A DNA stretch of 64,000 bases from Octopus sinensis (Eukaryota). The notes beneath the pieces were generated by a model. It had not been told where the DNA came from. It was given only the letters and a program-made list of their open reading frames with translations, and ran no database searches. Of this stretch, positions 49,279 through 64,000 are shown one piece after another; positions within the stretch are counted from its first letter, which is position 1; each line of letters begins with the position of its first letter. Location of the stretch: NCBI RefSeq assembly GCF_006345805.1, contig NC_043025.1, positions 1,054,001 through 1,118,000 on the forward strand, given 5' to 3'. Position numbers and translations under genes: made by a program.

Positions 49279-51750
49279 GTCAGATCACTTTCAAGTGCTA
49301 CTGGTAACTTGTAACCCAGTACAACCTGTTGCATGGTCGTGTCGTCGGCGACTAAACTGGCAACCCAGCCAAGCTTGCTTGTGAGGAAGAATGAAGAGTT
49401 TAGAGGAGAAGCTGGAGCGGCATTTGCTGATAAGACTACTCTTGTGGACAAGTTGGAAGAATTCCCAGTCGGAATTAACGAGCGTCTTATGTCCATGAGA
49501 ATTCCATTGGTTAAAGGAAATTATATGACCTTGGTGAGTGTGTATGCTCCAACTATGTTCTATACTGATGACGAAAAACTTTCTTTCTACCATGATTTGA
49601 AGGGAATTATAAGAAATATCCCACGGGCAGTCATCGTACTGGGTGACTTTAATGCTAGAGTGGGTAGGGATTTTAACACATGGACTGTAATTGGAAAGCA
49701 TGGGGTGAGGAAGCGTAATAGTAATGGCATGCTTTTGCTGCAGATGTGTGAGGAGCTGCGTCTGTGTGTTACCAATACCATGTTTCAACAAAAGAATAAG
49801 CTTAAGACTACATGGATGCACCCTGCATCCAAAGAATGGCATATTCTGGAATACATCCTTGTTAGAGTGTGTGACAGATAGGATGTGCAGTGTGTTCGTG
49901 TTCTTCGTGGAGCTGAGTATTGGACTGACCACCGCCAAGTACGTCTTAGGTGTAATAGTGTGAAGAGAACTTTGCGAGAGGAAATGAATGCTGTAGATAT
50001 TGGGGAGGATTGGCCAACCCTTAAAAAGTCAGTTTATGATATTGGCAAGAAAGTTCTGGGATTGATACAAAGAAAGCATCAAGATTGGTTTAAAGAAAAT
50101 GATGAACATATAGATGATTTATTGGCTGATAAAAGACGTACTTTGTCACGCTATTTGTCAGCAAAGCTACAGGAAAGGGAAGTGTTGCATAGGGAACTCA
50201 AGGACGTAAAATCACGTCTGAGGCAAAGGCTCTCAGAGATGAGGGATACGTGGTGGAGTAAGAAGGCTGGTGAGATACAGGCGGTATCATATTCCAATAA
50301 CACAAAGTTGCTGTATGGTCTCTTGCGAGAAGTTTATGGACCGACGTCTTCCCTGATGACACCAATTCGAAACAGGGATGGTAAAGAAGTTCTTCATGAT
50401 TCACAAGGAATTCTGCGAAGGTGGCAAGAACACTTTGATGAACTTTTGAATCAACAGTCTGTAGTTAGTGAGGATGTTCTCAATCTCTGCCCTGGATTGC
50501 CTGTGAAGGCAGCACTAAGAACCACGAAAGTTGGAAGACGTTGCAATGGCTGTCTCAATGTTGAATAATGGGAAGTCTCCGGGTATGGATGGCATACAAG
50601 CGGAGTTGTTACAGCATGGTGGTGAGAAACTTCTGCAGAAACTTCACTCTTTGTTTGGTAAGGTATAGACTGGAGAGATGCTGTAATGGTGGCCCTGTAT
50701 AAGGGAAAGAGCAACGGGAATGATTGTGGTAATTATAGGGGAGTATCATTGCTGTCTGCTGTAGGAAAGGTTTTATGCAAGATACTTCTTGATCGTCTGC
50801 TGAAATACATTGCAGATTGTGTTTTTCCAGAAAGTCAATCTGGCTTTCGTGTGGGACGTGCCACTGCTGGTATGATCTTTTCAGTTAGACAGCTTCAGGT
50901 AAAGTGTGTGGAACAGGGTCTTGATTTGTATCAGGTTTTTATCGATCTGACAAAAGCCTTTGATACCGTCAATAGAAAAGCATTGTGGAAAGTCCTCCAG
51001 AAATTGGGGGTCCTGAAAAGTTCCTTGCTTTGGTTAGGTCTTTTCATGAAGATATGAATGGTAAGGCGAATGCTAGAGGAGTGAAACTGGGGGATATTCT
51101 GGCATTGACCCTATTTTCCATATATTTCGCGATGGTGTTCTGTATTGCATTCAGAAACTGCAGATACGGTGTTTACGTCCACTATCGAACCTCTGGCAAC
51201 ATATTAATATCAGGGGCCTTGCTGCAAAAACAAAGATATTTACCTCTATCATAAAAAAACATTTTTTATGCTGATGATTGTGAGCTAGTAGCACACACAG
51301 AGATTGATATGCAACACATTTTGTATAGAAGCTCTTGTGTTAAAGCAAAGGCTCAGATGGAGTGGTCATCTAGTCAGAATGAAGGATTCAAGGATGCCAA
51401 AACAACTCTTTTATGGAGAGTTAGCTAAAAAAGAACGACCTCCACATAAACCAAAAAAGAGGTATAAGGACTTGCTGAAGGCTTCCTTAGGAGATGCTTG
51501 CATCTCTCCTGACACATAGGAAGGCATAGTTATTGATCGTAGCAGGTGGAGAAGGATTGTGCATGAGGGGACAGCCACATTTCAGAAATTTCGAGTTGCA
51601 CATGAGAAAGTAAGGAGGGATGTCAGGAAGGGCATCGCTGGTACACTTCCAGAAGGGAAGGGTCTTCCTTTGATTCTGACATGCGATGTCTGTGCAAGAC
51701 CCTGCCTCAGTAAAGCTGGATTCATGAGTCATCTTCGTAGTCAGAAAACG
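49279..51750 (+). mobile_element. RTE-clade LINE (mirror of 6168-9534 with extra deletions)
   Basis: Same RTE motifs; ~825-bp and 78-bp deletions relative to the left copy. Confidence 0.92.
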
Positions 51751-51787
51751 ATGCATGTATGTATATATACATATATATGTATGTATG

Positions 51788-51832
<45 letters not shown>

Positions 51833-53764
51833 GTATATATATATATGTGTCTGTATGTATATATATATATGTGATTGCATATATGTATGTATATATGTAT
51901 GTATGTATGTATGCATGTATGTATGCATGCATGTGCGACTGTATGTATGCATGTATGTAGGTATGTTTGCATGCATATATGTATATGCATGCGTGTATGT
52001 ATGTATGTATGTGTGTATGCATGCATGTATGTATGTATGTATATATGTATAAATGTATGTATGAATATACGCAGGCATGGATGAATGCAAGTGCATTCAT
52101 ATCTGAATGCGTCTATGTATTAAGGGTGGGTGTATGTGTGTGTGTGTGTGTGTGTGCATGCGTCCCTGAGATATTTTGTGTGTTTGCTTGTCCTCTGATC
52201 GCAACCTGACATGTTGTTACTTTGTTTATGTCACTATAAAGCAACGTTTAGCGTTACAGGTCGGAAGCATAAGAACAGATTACAAGTAAATAAATAAATA
52301 TATAGGTCCAGTTAAAACGACGAAAATTCTTCAAGGCGGAGCCCCAGCATGGCCACAATCCAATGAATTAAAGAAATCCAAGGTAACTAAGGAGATTCTA
52401 GTCGCCGGGACCTTGCCTATGTAACCTATCGAGTTCAAACTTTGAGGTCACAGGCTTCTGATCACTGTAGTTACATAAATCTTTATCTATACATCTAGAA
52501 GACCCATCGCTATTCATCCATGTCCACACTGGAGCGTCTGGGTGTTCCAGTATATACGGATTTGCCAGCAAAAAACGCTTAAGCAGATCGAAGAGGTACG
52601 TGTTTTTCCTCCTATCTGTATTCGAGCAAACACAATCCACTAAGGAGTGTGACGTACCTAGAAAATTCTCTAGACTAGAAAATCGTCTAACTGTCCGGTC
52701 GTCGGAGTTTATAAACAACCCCCAGCCTGAAAGACTTATCAATGATGAGGTTTACATCAAATACGACCAGTCTACTCCCACCCTCGGATCAATAAAGATT
52801 ACTCTTGATGCTAAATCCAGTTTTTCTTGAGCAGAATTACGACCGCCCCTCTTCACATTCTGGGTGACCAGGAGAAATAAATTTCTCGTTGCAGTTTAGG
52901 CGGGGAGAAATGCTTGTCAATCCACTCAGCCAGGTTTCTCTAACTACTACCACATCCAAATTAAGCGACACGAGGTCATTGAGGAAAAGCCCTTATTTCC
53001 AATTCGATGACAGGATGTAAACATTTAAACTCCCTACATCGAGTGTAAACATGAAGAAAAAACTTAGTTTGGAGATGGGCGTTAAAACATACAGTTCTAT
53101 TTATTTAGGAGCTTGTGAAGTCTCTAGGTGTGTGTGTGTTCATGTTTATGCGTGTCCTTATCCTACGATTGCAGCCTGACACGGTGTTGCTTTGTTTATG
53201 TCTCTATAAACAACTTTCAGCAATACAGGACGGAAGAATAAGGAGAAATTACAAATAAATAAATAAATAGGTCCGGTTAACCCGTCAGAAATCTTGAAGG
53301 CGGTGCTCCAGCATGGCCACAATCCAATGAATGAAGGGAATCCAGGGTGAAGAGCAAACTGTTAAAAGATTCGATGTAAGGATGTTCTATAGAGCTTATT
53401 ACTGCATTACTCCAACCTCCCATGCTTTCCTCTCTCCCTCCCACTCCTTCTCTCGCAAACACACCCACCCACCCCCACACACACACACACACACATACAC
53501 ACATACACACATACACACACAGAAACCCGCATATACAAACAGATTCAAGGATAGAAGCGTTTGAACACATCGAACAATAAACACACACGCAAAAAAATAC
53601 GCTAACATAAACTAAAATATTTTATCTCAAGGGAAGCTACTCTCAATTATTTTTTAATATATTTGAGAGTTACCTCCCTTAAAACTATTTTATAATTCAT
53701 TTAAATGCCTTAAGTATAAATTAATTTTTACGGCCTATCGTTTGCATTACTTAAACGTTGGAAG

Positions 53765-53804
<40 letters not shown>

Positions 53805-54374
53805 TGTGTGTGTGTATATGTGTGTGGTGTGTGTGCATCTGTGTGTGTGTGTGTGTGTGTGTGTTCATGTTTATGTATGTCCTTATCCTACGATTGCAGC
53901 CTGACATGGAGTTGGTTTGTTTATGTCTCTATAAAGCAAATTTTAGTAATGAACTGCATGCTATTCTTGTCAGCCCCCTTGTATATTTTGTCCAGCTCAC
54001 ATTGCAGGTGCATAGTGTCTTCAGGGTTCTGTGTTACCTGTGAAACTTTTATATCATCTGCATAACTTGTGATCGTGGCGTTCTGAGGGCATTCTGAGAG
54101 GGACAATATGAGCAGAAGTGCTCCCAAAACAGAGCCTTGCGGGACACCGGTCCTTATTTGCGTATCATTGGAGGTAGCCCCATTGGCTACTACCACCTGA
54201 CTTCTATCCTTCAGAAAGTCATGAAGCCATTCTCACAATTTTCCAACTATGCCAAGATCACAAAGTTTGTGACATATCGTTCCATGATAAAACTTTATCA
54301 ACATTTATCGGCGTTTGCAACGTCGAGGTATAACACTTCCACATTTCAGCAACCAGTCACAGTATATTGTAAGA

Positions 54375-54408
<34 letters not shown>

Positions 54409-55667
54409 CATTCTACTTCTCTTCTCTCTCTCGGAAACCTGGAGTAATGCAGTAATAAGCTCCATAGTACATCCTTACATCGAAGGTTTTAGTAAATTGC
54501 TCTTTTCCTTGGATTTCTTTCATTCATTGGATTGTGGCCATGCTGGGGCACCGCCTTGAAGCGTCTCCGTCGGGTTAGCTTTACCTGTTTATTTATGTAT
54601 TTGTAATCTGTCCTTATTCTTCCGTCCTCTATCGCTGAACTTTGCTTTATAGAGACATAAACAAAGCAACACCGTGTCAGGCTGCGATCATAGGATAAGG
54701 ACACACATAAACATGAACACACACACACACACATACACACAACACACACACACATACACACACACACATACAGACTTGGCAATGCTTGGGCAATGCTTGT
54801 GCACCGCCTTGAAGCGTTTTCGGCGGATTAACTGGATCTGATTATTTATTTTTTTGTAATCTGTCCTTATTCTTCCGTCCTCTATCAATGAAAGTTGCTT
54901 TCTGGAGACATAAACAAAGGCAACACCGTGTCAGGCTGCGATCGTAGGATAAGGACACACCTAAACATGAAGACTCACACACACACACACGCACGCACAT
55001 ACACACACACATATTAAGACTTCTCTAGCTCCTAAATAAATGAAACGTGAGTGGTTAACGCCCATCTCTAACCTAAGGTAGACCAAATTTTTTCTTCATG
55101 TTTACACTCAACGTAAGGTCTTTAAATGTTTGCAGCCAGGCGACGAATTGGAAACAACGGATTTTCCTCAAAGACCTCAGGTCGCAAAACTTGGATGTGA
55201 TAGTAGTGAGAGAAACCTGGCTGGGTGCAATTTGAAGCATTTCTCCCCTCCTTAAACTGTTACCTTGGTGGTAAGGTGAGGTACACATTGTGGAGACGTA
55301 ACCAACCCCTAACACGTTTTTGTATTTTTTACGGAGAACCATGTTTTCGGTTATGGAGATACCGATTCAAAATTTCAATTGCACCCTCCATTCTTCATTT
55401 TTCGCTTTCCAAAATTTCTTTGGGGCAAAATAGGTGATAAAAAAAAACGAGATCATGATTCTGGAAATTTTCCAAAATAAGATTAAAAAATCTGCATCAA
55501 CCCTCTCCCCTCCCGATTCTATGGGCTTCAAACAGGATATCCACATGCTAGAAAAAGCAGCAAATCGCACACAAACTGTTTTTGGAACATACGTATATAC
55601 TCTGTATCGAACGCCTATGGGATATTCCTACACAATTGTACCCTTCAATTTTGCTTCACACACATGC

Positions 55668-55739
<72 letters not shown>

Positions 55740-56160
55740 ATTTTGTTCTTTACTGTTTTGTTCTTTACCGCATTTGGACAGGCCACCCGGCCGTAGGAGA
55801 TATTTTTTGAAAGCCTTTTATTTATTTAATCTCTCTCATTTTAACGAAACGCTAAGAGATGGGGTCGTAAAAACACAAGCATCGGTAATCAAGCGATGTT
55901 GCGGGGACACACACAGACACACAAACATAAATACACACATACACACACACAAACACACACAAACCAACACACACACACAAACATACACACGTATATATAT
56001 ATATAAATATACGATGGGTTTTTTCAGTTATCGTCTACCAAATCCACTCACAAGGACTTGGTCGTCCTGAGGCTATAGTAGAAGTCACATGCCCAAGGTA
56101 GCACGCAGTGGGACTGAACCAGGAACCATGTCGTTCGTTAGCAAGCTAATTAACACACAC

Positions 56161-56231
<71 letters not shown>

Positions 56232-56827
56232 ATAATCATTTACAAAACAATTCTAAATTGCTTATAATCATGTTCATCATTTCCTTGATTGTCATCATCA
56301 TCTAACATCCCTGTTATTTTCTGGCATGGGCTGGACAGGAACCAAGGACTGCACTGTGCTCAGATCCGTTCCATGAATCGATCTCACTATCTCGAGAGTG
56401 TGAGCCTGACGATCTCACCACTGAGCCATGCACTTCCACAGAACGGAAGGAGAAAGAAAGAGAAAATGAAAAGAAGGAACTACAAGAGATAGATGATAGT
56501 AACGAAGTGACTCCGTTGCCCCATGGGGTAAAATGCAAAGCATTCGATACAGAGGCTGTAATTATGTGCCCCAAAAAGTTCGCTCGAGGTATGGCTGTTA
56601 TTTCTAGCATGTAGATAGCCTGGTTGAAAACCGTAGAATCGGGAGGTGAGGTTTATTTTTTTTCTTTTGAATAAATGTCATTTTACAAACAATGACTTTT
56701 TTCAGAATCACTATCTCCAATCTTTTCTACGTATTTCACAAAAAAGTGGGAAGGGTGAGTTAAATCTGCGCCATACACGCCTATACATACACACATACAT
56801 ACATACATACATATATAAATATATATA

Positions 56828-56934
<107 letters not shown>

Positions 56935-56951
56935 TTATATATATTTATATA

Positions 56952-56991
<40 letters not shown>

Positions 56992-57613
56992 TACCACACA
57001 CACACACTTATACATTTATAGCCTTGATTGTCATCATCAACAGAGTAAATAACATCATCATCATTGTCGCCATCACCTAACATCCATGTTCCTTTCTGGC
57101 TTGGACTGGACAGGATCCAAGGACTGCACTGCGCTCAAACGTCTGCTTTGGTCTCCTATTTCTGGTTAGATGCCTTTCCTAACATCAACCAACTCACAGC
57201 ATGGGCTCGGTGCTTTTATCATACTACCCGACTATTGAAGTTGCCATCTCAATCTGCTTCAACCTCCACCCCTCCCGATTCTACGGGCTTCAAACAGGAT
57301 ATCTACATGCTAGAAAAAGCAGCCAAATCTCACACAAACTATTTTTGGCTCATACGTACACAATCTGTATCGAATGCCTATGGGTTATTTCTACACAAAT
57401 ATGACCCTCGATTTTGCCTCCTTTTAACTGGAAGAAAGGTTCATATTTTTAGTAAAATTTTTGACATATTGTGTACATGCTGATTATATTGGAATTCTTT
57501 TAGAAAACGTTTTTCCTAGAGGTGGGGAGAATTTCAAAAAATTCCAATATCGGCATTTTTTGGACTAAGAAAGCTTTGATGAAATAATGAAAGAAATATG
57601 CAATCAATCTACT

Positions 57614-60600
57614 AAGTCCTCTGAATGTCCTGAAAGAAGGACTGCGCTTTGTTGCGAAGGAGCTTCAACGCTATGATCTTGACATTGTTGCTTTATCTGA
57701 GACAAAAACTTTCTTTCTACCATGCTTTGAAGGGCATTATAAGAAATATCCCTCGGGCAGACAAAGTCATCGTACTGGGTGACTTTAATGCTAGAGTGGG
57801 TAGGGATCTTAACACATGGACTGTAATTGGAAAGCATGGGGTGGGGAAGTGTAATAGTAATGACATGCTTTTGCTGCACATGTGTGAAGAGCTGAGTCTG
57901 TGTGTTACCAATACCATGTTTCAACCAAAGAATAAGCTTAGGACTAAAGAATGGCATATTCTGGATTGGATTACATCCTAGTTAGGGTGCGTGACAGACA
58001 GGATGTGCAGTGTGATCGTGTTCTTCGTGGAGCTGAGTGTTGGACTGACCACCGCCTAGTACGACGTGCAACAGTGAAATTAGTCACAAAACATAAAATC
58101 CGAGCTGCAGGGATGATCCTGCCTAAAAGACTGAATGTTGGTATAATAGTGTGAAGAGAACTTTACGAGAGGAAATGAATGCTGCAGATATTGGGGAAGA
58201 TTGGCCGAACCTCAAAAAGTCAGTTTATGATATAGGCAGGAAATTTCTGGGATTGATACAAAGAAAGCATCAAGATTGGTTCAAAGAAAATGATGAACAT
58301 ATAGATGATTTATTGGCTGATAAAAGGCGTACTTTGTCACGCTATTTGTCAGCAAAGTCACAGGAAAGGGAAGTGTTGCATAGGGAACTCAAGGACGTAA
58401 AATCACGTGTGAGGCAAAGGCTCTCTCAGATGAGGGATACGTGGTGGAGTAAGAAGGCTGACGAGATACAGGCGGCATGAGATTCCAATAACACAAAGTT
58501 GCTGTATGGTCTCTTGCGAGAAGTTTATGGACCGACGTCTTCCCTGATGACACCAATTCGAAGCAGGGATGGTAAAGAAGTTCTTCATGATTCACAAGGA
58601 ATTCTGCGAAGGTGGCAAGAACACTTTGATGAACTTTTGAATCAACAGTCTGTAGTTAGTGAGGATGTTCTCAATCTCATCCCTGGATTGCCTGTGAAGG
58701 CAGCACTCGCAGAACCACGAAAGTTGGAAGACGTTGCAATGGCCGTCTCAAGGTTGAATAATGGGAAGTCTCCGGGTATGGATGGCATACATGCGGAGTT
58801 GTTACAGTATGGCGGTGAGAAACTTCTGCAGAAACTTCACTCTTTGTTTGGTAAGATATGGACAAGTGAATCTGTACGAGGACTGGAGAGATACAGTAAT
58901 GGTGGAAGGGAAAGGGCAGCAAGAATGATTGTGGTAATTATAGGAGAGTATCATTGCTGTCTGTTGTAGGAAAGGTTTTATGCATGGTACTTCTGGATCG
59001 TCTGCTGAAATCCGTTGCAGACTGTGTTCTTCAAGAAAGTCAATCTGGCTTTCGTGTGGGATGTGGCACTGCTGATATAATCTTTTCAGCTAGACAGCTT
59101 CAGGAGAAGTGTGGAACAGGGTCTGGATTTGTATCAGGTTTTTGTAGATCTGACAAAAGCCTTTGATACCGTCAATAGAAAAGCATTGTGGAAAGTCCTC
59201 CAGAAACGTGGGTGTCCTGAAAAGTTCCTTGCTTTGGTTAGGTCTTTTCATGAAGACATGAATGGTAGGGTGAATGTTAGAGGGAAAATGTCGGAGCCCA
59301 TTGCAATACAAAATGGAAATAGGGGGATATCCTGGCACCGACCCTATTTGCCATATATCTTGCGATGGTGTTCTGTATTGCATTCAGAAACTGCAGATAC
59401 GGTGTTTACATCCATTATCGAACCTCTGGCAGCATATTTAATATCAGGCGCCTTGCTGCGAAAACAAATGCATTTACCTCTATCATGAGAGACCTTTTGT
59501 ATGCAGATGATTGTGATCTAGTAGTAGCACACACAGAGATTGGTATGCAACACATTTTTAATGCATTCTTTGATGCTTGCACTGCCTTAGGATTGACAGT
59601 GAATCTCAAGAAAACTGTTGTCATGCATCAATCTGCCCCTGGTAAGCAGTATATAGTGTACCAATATCTATGTGTATCTTAAACGACTTGATGTAGTTGA
59701 TCAGTTTGTCTACCTGGGAAGCACTATTAATAGATATAGCAATTTGGATGATGAAATTCCACATAGAATTAGGAAAGCAAGTGTTGCTTTCGGAAGGGTA
59801 GAAAAGCGCCTCTGGAGTCGGCGAGACATATGCAGAAAGACAAAGATAAAGGTGTACAAGGCATGTGTGCTCCCTTCTCTTCTCTATGCCTGCGAGACGT
59901 GAGTCACATATCGATACCACTTTAAACAACTGGAACGTTTCCATCAGATGTGTCTTAGACGGATCTATGGCATTAAGTGGAAGGACCGCATCAGTGATCT
60001 TGAAATATTGGAAGGCTCTCGGTGTGAAAGTGTAGAAGAGCTCTTGTGTTAAAGCGAAGGCTCAGATGGAGTGGTCATCTGGTCAGAATGAAGGATTCAA
60101 GGATGCCAAAACAACTCTTTCATGGAGAGTTAGCTAAAGGAGAACAACCTCCACATAAACCAAAAGAGAGGTATAAGGACTTGCTGAAGGCTTCCTTAAA
60201 AGATGCTTGCATCTCTCCTGACACATGGGAAGGCATAGTTATTGATCGTAGCAGGTGGAGAAGGATTGTGTACGAGGGGACAGCCACTTTTGAGAAATCT
60301 CGAGTGGCACATAAGAAAGTAAGGAGGGATGTCAGGAAGCGCATCGCTGATACACTTCCAGATGGGAAGGGTCTTCCTATGATGCTGACATGCAGTGTCT
60401 GTGCAAGACCCTGCCTCAGAAAAGCTGGACTCAAGAGTCATCTTCGTAGTCATAAAGCGAGAAAGATGAGTGACAACCTGGCCACTGGTGGTGGTGTAAC
60501 ACACCATACAAATAATATCTGCCGGGCATGCAAAAGAGAGTGTAATTCGGCAGGAGGACTTAAAAAACATGCACAGGTACATGAAGCCCAGTTACAACTA

Positions 60601-60690
60601 CAGCCGGCTATTACCGGTAAAGGTTTTAGTTGCCAATTCTGTACAAGACTGGGCTAAAAAGTCACATTCGATCACACCGCCAGTAACAGT
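57614..60690 (+). mobile_element. RTE-clade LINE, 5'-truncated, with RT and full C-terminus
   Basis: GDFNARVG, ESQSGFRVG, VDLTKAFDTVNR, LLYADDCDL, QFVYLGST, LLYACET, RLRWSGHLVRM, C2H2-like fingers; many frameshifts. Confidence 0.93.
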
Positions 60691-60994
60691 TAAGCTTGAA
60701 ATATGTTACAAAAGGAAAATATAAAATACACGTGAAAATTTAAGGGGAGAATAAAAAAAAATCAACGAAAATGCACATTGTAAATAAAAAAAGAAAAAGC
60801 TTTTTATGAAAGGTAACGACAGATATATACTTTTAGATGGGATGAGGTAGTAATAAAAGTCATTATTATGAGATGATTAAAAAGTCAGAAAGCAAAGCAT
60901 ACCATGGTATCGTCATAAGCTATTCGTTCCCCCGCCCTATATATATATATATAATATATACATATATATTCTATATATATACATATATATATAC

Positions 60995-61025
<31 letters not shown>

Positions 61026-61049
61026 GATATATATATATATATATATATA

Positions 61050-61085
<36 letters not shown>

Positions 61086-61128
61086 ATATATATATATATA
61101 TACATATATAATATATATTATATATATA

Positions 61129-61191
<63 letters not shown>

Positions 61192-61216
61192 CATGTATAT
61201 AACTACGTATATTATA

Positions 61217-61274
<58 letters not shown>

Positions 61275-61299
61275 CATGTATATAACTACGTATATTATA

Positions 61300-61345
<46 letters not shown>

Positions 61346-61529
61346 TACATATGCAGTCAGATCTAGTCAAGTAATTTGCCTCATTTGTTTGTTAAATCTA
61401 GTTGGAACCGATAGATAAGAGAAAATCATTTGGTCATTATATTTGATTGACTGTAGTTGTTGATTTTTTCGTAGAAGCTATTGGCTTGAAGCAGGGTTAG
61501 GTGTTTATGTAGTTTTCTGATGGTAGTAG

Positions 61530-61710
61530 GGACAAACAGAGGCACACAATCGTACACATATATACACTTCTGTACGACGGGCTTTTTTCAGTTTCCGATA
61601 CGAAATCGAATCATAAGGATTTAGTCGACCCGGGACGATAGAAGAAAACACTTGTCTAAGCTGCCACGCGGTGGGACTGCACCAGGAACCGTGTGGTTGG
61701 TAAGCAGGCA
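61530..61710 (-). mobile_element. Degenerate SINE 5' part
   Basis: Reverse complement of cttaccaaccacacggttcctggtgcagtcccaccgcgtggca. Confidence 0.7.
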
Positions 61711-61731
61711 ACCCCCCACTGAGATATATTT

Positions 61732-61739
<8 letters not shown>

Positions 61740-61771
<32 letters not shown>

Positions 61772-61923
61772 TGATAGGCGTAGGAATGGCTGTGTGATAA
61801 GTAGCTTCCCTACGAAACGCAGTGTTCTTGGTTCAGTCCCACTGCATGGTATCTTGGGCTAGTGTCTTCTACTATAGACTCGTGCCGACCAATCCTTGTG
61901 AGTGGAATTGATAGGCGGAGCAT

Positions 61924-61965
<42 letters not shown>

Positions 61966-62130
61966 TGATAGGCGTAGGAATGGCTGTGTGATAAGTAGCT
62001 TCCCTACGAAACGCAGTGTTCTTGGTTCAGTCCCACTGCATGGTATCTTGGGCTAGTGTCTTCTACTATAGACTCGTGCCGACCAATCCTTGTGAGTGGA
62101 ATTGATAGGCGGAGCATACACACACACACA
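61740..62130 (+). repeat. Tandem duplication of a SINE 5' half (~194-bp period)
   Basis: ttgataggcgtaggaatggctgtgtgataagtagcttccc...ggcggagcatacac occurs twice (ORFs 61862 and 62056 share the N-terminus). Confidence 0.88.
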
Positions 62131-62181
62131 CACTCACACAAACATATATATACACATATATGTGTGTGTGTGGGAGGGGGC

Positions 62182-62218
<37 letters not shown>

Positions 62219-62402
62219 GTTTGTATGTCTGTTTATCCCTCCAACACCGCTTGACAACCGGTGCTGGAGTGTTCATGTCCCCGTAACTTAGCGTTTCGTC
62301 ATAAGAGAAAATAGATTAAATACTAGGCCTACAAAAAATAAGTATTGGGTTCGAATTTGGCGAATAAAGGTGCTGCTGCGGCATGGAATATATATATATG
62401 TA

Positions 62403-62465
<63 letters not shown>

Positions 62466-62489
62466 ATAATATATATATATATGTGTGTG

Positions 62490-62521
<32 letters not shown>

Positions 62522-63060
62522 CCGATAGTTTAAATACTAGGCCTACAAAGTATAAGTCCTGGTGTCGATTAGCACGAATAAAGGCATTGCTCCACCATGG
62601 CCGCAGTCAAATGATTGAAAACTTAAGTGTACAAAACAGAAAATAACCAGAAAAGTTTATTTTCTCTTAACTACATAATTAAGGGAGATAACTGAAAATA
62701 AACTTTTAGAGTTACTTCCCTTTACATATCAATAAAAGACATGACAGTTTAAGATGTAGGTGCGTTTGTTTTTCGCATGCGAAGGGCACGCTTGCATTCC
62801 TGCAGGAAGAGACAAACATACACATGCAAATTTTCTGCTGTTCACTTTAACAATTAAACATTGACTAGCTTATAATTTACATTTAATTACACCCGAAAAC
62901 TATGTAAAGTACTCACCCTATCCAGTACTAACCTTTGGACATGATCGGGTTTTCTTTTGTTTTAGATAGTATATATGCGTATGTGGGTATAGACACGTCT
63001 ATATGTATGAATGCATGCATTTATGTATATAAATATATATATATATGTATATATGTATGA

Positions 63061-64000
63061 AACAAATCGCTTGCCGTGAATTACCGTCCAATCTCACTCA
63101 CCTCTCATATCATTAAGTTATTTGAGAGAGTGCTGAGATCGCGTATGACTCACTTCCTTGAGAGTCATATGCTGAACTCCAACCAGCATGGATTCCGTAA
63201 TGGAAGAGATTGCCTGACGCAGCTACTGCATCATTTTGATGTCATTTTGAGAGCCTTGGGAGAGGGCTCCAACACTGATGTCATCTTCCCTGATTTCAGC
63301 AAGGCCTTTGACAGGGTTGAACATAAGATCCTTCTGAGAAAGCTGTCCAATATTGGTGTCACTGGAAAGCTGCTGCAGTGGATCAAGTGCTTCCTGTCTA
63401 ACAGAACCCAACATGTTGTAGTCGAAGGAGTCAAATCCAGCCCAGCCAAAGTCAGCAGTGGTGTCCCACAAGGAACTATGTTTGGCCCACTTCTCTTCAT
63501 CATCTACATTAATGATATTACTGACACCATCAAACACAATAACATCAGAACTTTCGCTGATGATTCCAAGCTCCAGAAGGTCATCAATGGCGTGGATGAC
63601 CGAATAAGCCTTCAGTCAGACCTACTGGCTGTTCTCCAATGGGCGGAAAAGAATAACATGTTACTAAACGAAGACAAATTCGAACTGATCCACTTTGGAA
63701 GGGAGGACGCTCTAAAACTCCCATACTCTCTTCCTTCTGGAGAAATTCTCATGGCGTCTAACAACATCAGAGACTTGGGAGTAACAGTGGACAACAACAT
63801 AAGCTGGGCTACACATATAAGCAGCAAAGTTGATATGGCCCGCAGAATGTGTTCCTGGATTCTCAGAACCTTCCAGTCGAGAGATTCCCACACCATTATC
63901 CTTCTCTTCTCCACTTTTGCCCGACCCCACCTTGAATACTGCTGTCCACTGTGGTCTCCCTACACAAAACAAAATATTATGAGAATTGAAGCTCCCCAAA
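63061..64000 (+). mobile_element. CR1-like LINE reverse transcriptase, open frame running off the window end
   Basis: Own translation from 63061: NKSLAVNYRPISLTSHIIKLFERVL..NQHGFRNGRDCLTQLL..DFSKAFDRV..GVPQGTMFGPLLF..FADDSK..DLGV..LEYCCPLWSP. Not in the ORF track because no stop is reached. Confidence 0.92.

Overview
Eukaryotic, almost entirely repeat-derived DNA. It is AT-rich and saturated with (TA)n/(CA)n/(GATA)n microsatellites and tRNA-derived SINEs. This repeat landscape resembles an Octopus/coleoid cephalopod genome, which is an inference. No intact host gene is recognisable. The window holds decayed non-LTR retrotransposons of several clades (RTE, several CR1-like families, Tx1/L1, Penelope-like GIY-YIG), a hAT transposase relic and a 100-N assembly gap (17751-17850). 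An ~8.1 kb satellite of ~67 x 121-bp units is built from the 3' end of a CR1-like LINE. A large inverted duplication (1-13760 vs 45065-57959) has arms that differ by microhomology-flanked deletions. The most striking unannotated signal is a set of mutually dissimilar short elements, mostly in or next to TA microsatellites, that carry minimal type-I hammerhead ribozyme motifs, usually in an inverted-repeat structure. One is a near-perfect 355-bp palindrome with a hammerhead on each strand. Other oddities are a (TTAGGG)3 insertion inside a LINE, a Tx1 element inside a (GATA)n tract, an RTE with three C-terminal C2H2-like fingers, a candidate HDV-like ribozyme at an RTE 5' end, and a shared SINE/LINE 3' tail. 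Coordinates were read by eye and may be off by a few bases.
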